NCBI GenBank assembly: GCA_964016885.1
Contig: OZ024748.1
Coordinates: 50,902,001-50,966,000 of the forward strand
Direction: 5' to 3'
Source: Eledone cirrhosa
Taxonomy: Eukaryota
Length of the DNA stretch: 64,000 bases
Shown here in pieces: positions 54,265 to 64,000 of this stretch. How positions within the stretch are numbered: position 1 is the first letter of the stretch; every line of letters begins with the position of its first letter. The notes beneath the pieces were generated by a model that saw only the letters and a list, made by a program, of their open reading frames with translations, made no database searches and was not told the DNA's origin. The position numbers and the translations under genes are program-made.

Positions 54265-54674
54265 TAATTAAACGTCGCTAGTCAGACAAAAAGGCGATAC
54301 AATGGATTTCACGCCGCCATGGAAAACCCAAGCGAGGTCACAATTCAATGGATTTGAAATAACGATGATTATGGATGGGAGATCTAATCCCGAGCACCAT
54401 TTTTGAAAAATGGATCAGAATTCATAGTCTGAGGAACGCACATTCGGATTATAGTGATAACGTGAAACCCACGGTATCAATATTTTCTCAGTATCAATAC
54501 ATATCTAGTGAAATAGTTTACTTTTTACATCTTGAAGTGAGTAATTTTCTGCCGTTCGATACCCTAATGTGCACACAATTACACACACGCTGAAACATGC
54601 GAAAGTAGTAACAGGAAATTCGAACTACAGACCCGTAAAGAATCGATTTTAAATCCAAATTTGTATGTGTATAT

Positions 54675-54706
<32 letters not shown>

Positions 54707-54734
54707 GTATGTATCTATGTATGTATGAATGTAG

Positions 54735-54800
<66 letters not shown>

Positions 54801-54826
54801 ATGTATGTATGAATGTAGGTGTGTGT

Positions 54827-54862
<36 letters not shown>

Positions 54863-55412
54863 CTGTATGTAGCTATGTGTGTGTGGACGTAGGTATGTGT
54901 GTACGTGTGTATATATGCGGTTGTATGGAATTAGAAGTTTATCTCTTCATGCAAGACTTAATATTGTCGACAATATAGGATTAGGATAAAGATATATTAA
55001 CAGTAATTAAGATAAAAGTGACAAGTAGATTTTAAACGCTACTGATTACAATTTCCCTTCATTAAGAAATAGGATCTCTATTTCATAATTTTGATAATGA
55101 TTGATATATTTATGATATATGCTCGTCTGTCATTAAATAACAATAATAATGATAAATTAATTATGTGCTTATACATATATATATATATATATATATAATG
55201 AGAATTTAGCTTCAGACATAGTGGTATACTGATATATATTGGAATGTCTTATTCCTTTACAAATATGGTATGTTTAAAATAAACATTTAGAGAGCCGTAA
55301 CTATGCCAAAACACCGGCGACTTCTGCTTGACACCGCCAGACGGCGCTAGCTACGCCTCTCTAAATGTTTCTTTTATGTATACCGTATTTCTTTAGAAAT
55401 ACAAAATTCAAA

Positions 55413-55450
<38 letters not shown>

Positions 55451-55701
55451 AGTATACATTTATACAGAATGGTTTTCTGTAGAGGAACAGAAATAGAACA
55501 GATTTAAATACATTAGGTTGTGATGGTACAAAATACATTTCACAAAAAAAAAGAAAAGAACAGAAATATCAAAAAATAATGTCTGATAGCTCTTCCATTC
55601 CTTTCTTATCATCAGGAAAATCCTGATATCAAATGTTTGTAATCGATTATGGCTCCGATTATCAATCAAATATGTTAAACTGAAATTTCGATCTCTCATC
55701 C

Positions 55702-55813
<112 letters not shown>

Positions 55814-56167
55814 AGTGTGTGTGTGTGTGTGTATGTGTTAAGTATTTCCGAAGAAAAAGCAACGGAAATAGTTAACATATAAACAGCTCTCAACGAAAAT
55901 GATCGACGAAAATTCTGCATATCTATGCAATTGGCATCTTCCAGCCTAAGGTGAACACTCTATGGTTAAAAGGAAATTAACCAACACTAATTATGGAAAT
56001 ATATGAAATGGATATTCTCTTAGAATTTTAACATATTTTCAATCTCATTTCGTATTTTCATTTCATAACCTCTGTCTGATGAACAATGTAGAATCCTGAA
56101 AAGTTTGGTAATGGAGTAGTTCTATATTATGTAGTTCCCTTTTCTAATTAATATATATATATATATA

Positions 56168-56430
56168 GGAACAAGTAAGACCCCGACGGCTGAGCTCAAG
56201 CCGTTTCGACGGCTAATTCTGGACTGAATGAAAATTTATTCTGGTATATAAATAGCCGAGCTTATCAAGGGGTAATGATAAGCTCGGCTATTTAAATACC
56301 AGAATAAATTTTCAACGGCTTGAGCTCAGCCGTCGGGGTCTTACTTGTTCCTATTACCCACTCTACTACCCTAAGTATTGAGTACTCTGGTGCGTTATGG
56401 TCCATCTGGTTCCTTACCACTTTTCCTTCG

Positions 56431-56432
<2 letters not shown>
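56168..56432 (+). mobile_element. Family A element with a different about 85-bp hairpin in its centre
   Basis: Family A outer arms and tail surround the inner palindrome tgaaaatttattctggta...taccagaataaattttca. Confidence 0.8.
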
Positions 56433-56468
<36 letters not shown>

Positions 56469-57270
56469 AAGAATGACAAACAGAACTAGTTTTATCGATG
56501 AAAGAGAGAAAAGGAATTTACCTTATCTGATTTCAGCCCTTCGTCAAGAGAGTACAATTATACACTCACATATATAAATATATATATATATATAATATAT
56601 ATAATATATATATATAATATATATATATAATACATATATATAATATATATAATATATATAATATATATATATATATAATTGTACTCTCTTGACGAAGGAC
56701 TAAAGTTAGGTAAGGTAAATTTATTTTCTCTCTTTCATCGAAAACGTTAACCTTAAATTACTAGTGTTTGTCACACCGTGTGTGTGTCTGTGTGTGGGTG
56801 TGTGTTTCTTTCACTTCGTTATATATGCAAATTATTCGAGACTTATCAAATAATTTATATTCTCTTGAGCTCCTGAAGAGTAAGACAGACCTCAGTCAAA
56901 ATATTGAATAATTAAACAGAATATTATTCCTATTCGTTAACAAAGGAAAATTGTAATAGTATATTTTTAGATAATTAATATAATTAATAGAAAATATGAC
57001 GACGGTATTCAAAAGTCGATAAAGAAAAAATATGAAAAAATATTTGTTACTTCGTTATAAGTGATATTAAATGTAAAAGTTCGCATCAGTTCGATAATGT
57101 CAATCTGTCTGATCCATCTTCCGTTATCTGATCTGTTGGGTTGGGTTGCATTTCAACTTCCAAATGAATGTTTCTTAAATCGGCCACCTGCAAAATTTTA
57201 GTTGAAAAGCATTAAAAAGGAATATATACGCGTATGTATAAATATACACATACATAGGCACATATGTATA

Positions 57271-57317
<47 letters not shown>

Positions 57318-57411
57318 ATAATAAATGGGAACAAAGAATCAGTATGGCATCACATACATACGGAAGGTCCTCAGATATATATGTGTATATATACATATAT
57401 ATATATATATA

Positions 57412-57970
57412 CGGTCGGGTCGTTGGCGACTAAACTGGCAACCTCACTAAGGTTTCTTGGTGAGGGGGGGGGGGTGACTTTGGACATCCTGCAGGACTAA
57501 AAACAAAACCTGTCAAAGCGCAAAGGAGCTCTTAAGAGTCAATGGCCATCCAAAATCACCGGGAGAGATGACCCCTTAGTCTTTGTCAAGGCAGAATTCT
57601 AGGAGAAGGAAAACTCTGATATAACACCTGCAACCCTGATGGTATCCAATGTTGTTGGCTTGTTATTCTTTTTGGTAAATATCAACTTGGTTAAGAGAGT
57701 GAGACTGGCTTTGTGCAGTGCCTTTGCTCACTATAAAAGCTTCACGGCACAGGCATTGCTTTATATCTGGATATCTCTCTGCACTTGTCGTCACATGGTA
57801 CCATGGGCCCAGCACTATGTGTCAATAATTGTCACAAGTGTAGTGTTTGTACCAGAGTTTTCAAGTCGCTGGCTGGACTGAAAAGCCACACTCGTTCAGC
57901 GCATCGGTAGGAGTTCTCCTACATGGATATAAAGTAGTGGCCGTACTCGTAAACGAGTTTGCAGCCACCA
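57412..57970 (+). mobile_element. GC-richer insertion in (TA)n resembling an RTE-type 5' UTR / RTE-related SINE
   Basis: Contains ctaggagaaggaaaactctga, a motif I recall from RTE 5' regions (unverified). (TA)n on both sides, no meaningful ORF. Confidence 0.4.
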
Positions 57971-58002
57971 TATATATATATATATATGCATACATATACA
58001 TA

Positions 58003-58310
58003 TAGTTATGTAATAAACAACATAAGGCAATTATTCAATTTACCAGTGGTTTCTTAAAAGCAAAAGATTTTGCTTTCAATCCTCAGAATGAAAAAATCCT
58101 GGTCTGTTTATTGAATTTGGATTTTAAAATCCAAATTCAATAAACAGACCAGGATTTTTTCATTCTGAGGATTGAAAGCAAGATTGTTTGCTTTTAAGAA
58201 ACCACTGGTAAATGGAATAATTGCCTTATGTTGTTTATTACATAACTATTAAGCTCTGTTACCTACATAGAGCACTCTTTTTTCCTGGACTTTTCCGACG
58301 GAATTACTTC
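58003..58310. repeat. Near-perfect palindrome (about 122-bp arms, 58003-58248) plus tail between TA-rich tracts
   Basis: atagttatgtaataaac...ggattttaaaatcc...gtttattacataactat. Confidence 0.85.
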
Positions 58311-59982
58311 ATTCATACATATACATATATATAGATAGTTATATATGCATAAATATATATACATACATATACGTACATATATATGCATACACATACATAT
58401 ATATATGCATACGCACGTATCCGTATATATACACATGCATATATATATGTAGATATTTATATACATACACACACTCATACATTTAATTCGACTGGACACA
58501 CTTTAGAATAATGTACGAATTCGTAAGTACTGAAATAAAGTTAATTGAAAAGGTAAAGTTATATGGAGATTTTACAGGGACACCTTCTGCATTAATGATG
58601 TATAGTGAAGGGTGATAAATCATAATTGATGTAGTAAGCTCCAAATAGTTAAACAATTAAATTTACATCGAAAATGAACAGAAAAATTACCAATCTTCAT
58701 TCTGATCAATGGCAAAAGAAAAACGTGTGTGTTTTTTTATATCTTTCGCACTCTCCCTCTAACACACACGGACATATACATACTCTCAACCCGTCTCTTT
58801 CTCTCTCTCTCTTTCTTTCTCTCTCTCCGCCCGTATTTTTGTTTACACTCACAAACACATATGCACGCGTACGCTTGCACGCCCACATGTGTATGTGTGT
58901 ATATATATATACATGCGTGTATGATTGTGTGTATGTTTATTCGTGGCTAAAATTTCTAATCTACAAAGAGATTGATACTTCCATATCTTACGTTTAACAA
59001 CTTAATCAGGAAGTCGGCCATCGATTTTCTTTTCTGATATTTGTTTTCCTTGTTATTTTCTGTTGGTTTTCGTGGTTGTTACGATCTTCTCCTATCGCTC
59101 TATAATGGTATGATAGTTTTTCAGGATATGTTTGTTGTTACTTGTTTCGTTGGTGATTTTTCCCCCTTTTCTATTACATTTCAAATTATTACCAGAAAAT
59201 AGAAGATTCATAATATGTACAATTTGACAGATGAGAAATGACATTTCCCTCTGCGATGGAAATCAATCTACAAATCTTTAGCTGACTTGGAAATACAAAA
59301 GTGAGCTCACGAACATGGCATTACTGAAGAGTGTAGTTTTCGCGCGAAAACTATGAAATATTTCTAAAGATCACGCTAGTCCAGCCTAATAATAAGCTTC
59401 AATTCTTCCAACAAAACTGGAAAAATCACTAAATTTGTTTAATGATTTTGTCCTGAATAGATAATTGCAGTGTGACACACAAGAACAACTTTATACGTTG
59501 TAGTATTTAAAGTGCATTCATTAAAATATGTTTCTTGCAAAGGTCTTTCTCTTTGGTCAGCAGTTTGTGGTTACATCTACTTTCTAGTTTTGTTATGTGG
59601 CACAAGTCAAAAGACTTGACATGCAGATAGTGAGCTGTACAATCACTCGAGATCCACAGAACAGTTGGTCTAGTTATATCATGTACTGACTAGATTTACA
59701 CACACAAACACGCACGCATATGCTACGAAGGAAACAGTCCTCTTTTTTATCAGTGTATCACGTGTAAATTCCTCCCTCCACCTCTAGAGATCTTTTAACT
59801 CGCTACGAACGCGTCAATCCTTTTTTCTGAGGAGTCTCTTGATAAGCCGTATCTACCACACAGCGATGGTGCATTTTTATAGTGCAGAAAACGTTGCACA
59901 CGGATGGGCAAAACTGCAATCAAGACTTTGAAGAAAAAATAGGTATATTTCCTCATATTTTGTAATTTGATATATATATATA

Positions 59983-60395
59983 TTCTTAGTTCTTAGGTTA
60001 TTCTGCGCCTTTCGATAGCTAGTCGCCAACGATCACTATCAGCAGCGGCCATTTAAAGTCTGTTGCCAAGTGATTTTGGCTGCTATCAGGTCTTTTTGGA
60101 ACGTTCGGCGCCAGGTAGTCCTGGGGCAACTCCGCTTCCGTTTGTTGCCAAGTGGAATCCAGTTAATTGCTGTTTTCGTGTGTCGTTCCTTGGGAAGGCG
60201 CAGAATATGGCCAGACGGGCGGCACTGGCGCTCTGTGACCAGCGTCCACGACTTGGTTCTCCGCAGGGTTTCCTCATTTTGTATTCGGTCGTGCACGGAC
60301 ACACAAAGAATCCTTCGCATGCACCCTTGGTGGAATGCGTTCAGCCGTCTCTCTATCATTGTTGAGCTCTTCCAGGTTTCGCTCGCGTAAAGCAC
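59983..60395 (-). mobile_element. RTE-clade LINE 3' fragment
   Basis: LYASETW...RRLNAFHQGCMRRIL...GHILRLPKER...KRKRSCPRTTWRRTF, with a short ctaagaa tandem tail. Confidence 0.85.
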
Positions 60396-60907
60396 TGTCA
60401 GATGTAATAGGAGTTTGCGTGAGTGTCTGTATGTAAATATGTGTATTTAGAAACACAAGAATTTATGTATATGCGTACGTGTAAGTGTTTGTGTGTATAC
60501 GTGCATGGGTCTATGTAAAATAGAGCTACAGATATTTCTAGAAACACACTAGTACGTAGAAAACTGGTAATCACGTACATCCTTAGTTCAGTAAGTTCTG
60601 CAGCCTATTACGCTCTGCATAGCTAATTATCAAAAGGCAAATAATGATAGAAAAAAATGATGCCGACAATGATTAAAGGAAAAATCTGCGTTCAGTTCGC
60701 ATGCACTATTGTGAATATGTTGTAATATCTGCTTTACGTTGAATAGTCAATTTCTGTTCATAATGCTAACATAAATACTATCACACATCCATTTCCTTCG
60801 TTTCTATCAACCATGTATATATATACATTATGTATATATATATTATGTATGTATATATATTATGTATGTATATATTATGTATATATATATATATATATAT
60901 TATGTAC

Positions 60908-60941
<34 letters not shown>

Positions 60942-61402
60942 GAGTGTGTGTGTGTTCTAGACAGATACATTTAAACGAGCATAATTGCCATTGAAGAACT
61001 ATTTCCGAATAGCCCTTTTATTGTCACTGTCTCTCATGTCTATAACAAGATAGGCAAATTCTATAATATTAATATCAGTTAATTTACCTACACATTCTAT
61101 AAGTTCCTACGAAATACTGTGAATGAATATTCGTCGTTCTAATTCATAACAACATTTATGTTTCGCTGTAAAGGTCTAATAATAGCGGAAGATCTCTGCT
61201 AATTATCCGACTCACACTTCCATGTCGACCTTCTCATAAATTTTAGGGCACATGTCCGTTACAAGTTTTTAGAAAAAATAAAATTCATTAGCATATTAGG
61301 AATAATGATTTTTATTTTCTCACGACGGTTATAAACTTAATTTATTTAACATTATTTTGCATATTCACACACACACAAACACACACAAATATATATATAT
61401 AT

Positions 61403-61878
61403 AGTTTTAATATAGATGAGATTCTACAGGACTAGAATTGTTTCATTCTTTAGAAATCATCAGGAATCTGGGTATCAACAAATAAATATGGTATTTATAG
61501 GTCTCTTCAGGTGGTAGGAGAGGGTAGGGAGTGGGATGGGTAGAGGTCATTGGTTGATAGATAAGGGAATTCATTAAAAGCTAATTCTTTAAAGCTATAG
61601 TTTATATTTAGTGTAATTTTTATGAATTTAGTGTATTTTAATGAATTCCCTTTTCTATCAACCAATGACTTCTACCCATCCCACTCCCTACCCTCTCCTA
61701 CCACCTGAAGAGACCTATAAATACCATATTTATTTTTCGATACCCAGATTCTTGATGATTTCTAAAGAATGAAACAGTTCTAGTCCTGTAGAATCTCATC
61801 TATATTAAAACTTTTATACTCTGCAATGAATTGAGTACCTTACTTACTGTGGTTACCTCCGATTCAACCCGGAATAAC
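61403..61878 (+). mobile_element. Family D fold-back element (about 200-bp arms 61403-61812 + tail), hammerhead in each arm
   Basis: Plus arm 61746-61796 reads AGATTC-tTGATGA-tTTCTaaAGAAt-GAAA-CAGttctagtcCTG-TA-GAATCT. Minus arm 61419-61469 has an intact CTGATGA. (TA)n on both sides. Confidence 0.85.
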
Positions 61879-61926
<48 letters not shown>

Positions 61927-61937
61927 TGTATATATAT

Positions 61938-62272
61938 ATTGGCTTACAATCTCTTCAATGGCCATTACGATCTCCCTCAAGATCTCCTATTCACTCCGGC
62001 ACTCGAAAGGGGTCAACGTGGACATGACAAAAAGCTGTTTCACCGCAGCTTTCGCCTAAATAGACGGAAAGCTGCTTTCTCGATCCGCATCTCTGGACCC
62101 TGGAATCGGCTTCCAGAAGAAGTAGTCAACGCGTCAACCATGCAACAATTTAATGCGAAATTGGACCTGTGTTGGACCACTGTGTTTCGGACTGTGTAAA
62201 TGTTTCCCCCTCCCCTCCTTACATGGCATCTGAAGCATCTATGTTTTAATTTCTGCCAAATATATTGAATTG

Positions 62273-62280
<8 letters not shown>
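61938..62280 (+). mobile_element. CR1-type LINE 3' end
   Basis: RGHDKKLFHRSFRLNRRKAAFSIRISGPWNRLPEEVVNASTMQQFNAKLD with a (TTGAA)3 tail, inside (TA)n. Confidence 0.85.
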
Positions 62281-62315
<35 letters not shown>

Positions 62316-62846
62316 TGATGATGGTAACGAATACATATCTGTGCGTATACAATACAGAATAATCTATGTTTGTGTTTGTGAGTCAAAATGTGTCTGTGTG
62401 TATGTGATTGTTATAAGATACACTGGGAGAGATGAGAAATAAGGGAAACATTTCTAAATCCATAAAATATAAGAATATATCATACTTGTATATTTTCTCT
62501 CTCCCAATGTGCATTAAATATATTTACACCCTCTCACTCCTGCCATCATAACCTTCTTGGCCCCCATCCATCATTTTCCTGCAATCCACTCACTAATAAA
62601 TATAACATCAACAGCAACGGCGGAAATATTACACCGAAGGAGTGTGTGAAATACACACACACACACACACGTATATATATATTTGTATATATAAATATAT
62701 ATATATATACCTGTATATATACATACATACACATTATATATATTTTTTTTTATTTCTATATATATATATAAAGAAATATTCCTCCGTCGGTTTTGCCGAT
62801 GAGTTTTCCAGTTTTTTCATCAACAGAACAACCTGCTACACACAAT

Positions 62847-62923
<77 letters not shown>

Positions 62924-63202
62924 AAATGATGTCCTTTGATTGAAGTATTGTATATTATATATAACGTTAAAAGAGATAGAAGGCTAAACAATGCAAAATG
63001 GTAACGAAAAGGTAACGAAAAGTAAAAGTAAGTTACCTCTTAGTTCTTTTTTTTTTTGTTCTTTTATCTGTCCAATATTTCGGCACCTAAAAACTCTTCT
63101 TCGGGGTTTAAGCAACTTTCAGTGGATAATGTTCCAATTTCCTCTCTTTGGGATTAAATTTTGGTTTCGATTTAAATTTTTTCTAAGTCGTTTTCAAGCG
63201 TT

Positions 63203-63497
63203 GGCCCGAAAAACTGGACTCCGTGGGTAGGCCATGGTTTGTTTGTATGGGTGATGGTAGAAAGTGAAATATGTATTTACTACGATCACACATAGAAGCT
63301 GATGTACGCCTTGTGGAGTGAGGTCGAAGCAGCAATGTTGTATGAAATGATGCAGTCAGTCACGAGGTTGACTGCTGGATGAGCGGGTAGAGGGTGAAAC
63401 GTCAAGGCTAAAGGCATATCTGTTGAGTTTAAGTTTGTTTAGTCTTTGTATGACTTCGTCGGAGCTGCTGACATGTCCAGGAATAGTTGCAATAATA
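63203..63497 (-). pseudogene. Decayed Penelope-like RT core fragment
   Basis: Manual translation with frameshifts gives IPGHVSSSDEVIQRLNKL..YAFSLDVS(x)LY ... HQLLCVIVVNTYFTFYHHPYKQT(x)GLPTESSFSG, matching RT motifs SLDVxxLY and YxQxxGLxMGS. Confidence 0.65.
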
Positions 63498-64000
63498 GGC
63501 TCTCCCAAAGTATAACAATATATATATAATGTAATAAATAAATACTTCTGAGAACAATACCGTTCACCGTAGCTCTGACTACTCAGAACAATACCGTGAA
63601 ATAATTTCTGAACTTATAACCTTCCATAACCTTAACGTAAAATCTTGTTTACATTTTCGATGCTTAAATTAGGATGGCACACATACATTGTCTGTAAATA
63701 AATACTTTTTATATGTTGTATATAAGTGATTCTGATGATTTCTCTACAAAGGTATTGAAAATAACATCACTTGGAGAATGAAACGTATGTAAATGATGTT
63801 TTAATTGTTGAACATTGCTGATCTATTTTTCTGCGTTATTTATGCTCTTTGATTTACATAACTTCGATGACCGGAAGTATGCTAAGTGGATCTACCTCTG
63901 CACTACATTTCGCTAATCTGCATAGTGGAAAAAATAAACACATCAAACTTTTATATATTTGAATGCCATATATCGTTGTGTCATCAACTTATATTATTTA

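Noticed and set aside
57412-57480. HDV-like ribozyme at the start of the RTE-like insertion (also tried at 32008-32286)
   Set aside because: I could not assign the nested double pseudoknot (P1, P1.1, P2, P3, catalytic C) by eye.
59323-59355. CTGAAGA..GAAA motif
   Set aside because: There is no convincing stem I or III. It is better explained by a short palindrome (tagttttcgcgcgaaaacta) and chance.

Overview
This is AT-rich eukaryotic, repeat-dominated DNA, most likely an octopod cephalopod. That assignment is inferred from recalled resemblance of the SINEs to Octopus families and from the huge (TA)n tracts. No intact host gene is supported, and almost all ORF-track entries are microsatellite translations. 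Interspersed repeats include tRNA-derived SINEs, CR1-type and RTE-type LINE 3' fragments, a TA-flanked MITE and decayed Penelope-like element (PLE) coding pieces (two RT fragments and a GIY-YIG endonuclease). The main hidden signal is a set of type I hammerhead ribozymes (HHR). A near-perfect 310-bp tandem array (9107-13380) carries one HHR per monomer (14 copies) and folds back on itself as a palindrome with 1.8-kb arms, resembling a retrozyme/circRNA concatemer. At least five other families of small 'inverted arm + arm + tail' elements sit in (TA)n tracts. Several carry HHRs or fold back exactly at the HHR stem II hairpin, suggesting non-autonomous, TA-targeted, PLE-mobilised ribozyme elements. 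All structures were read by eye; no folding or database search was run.
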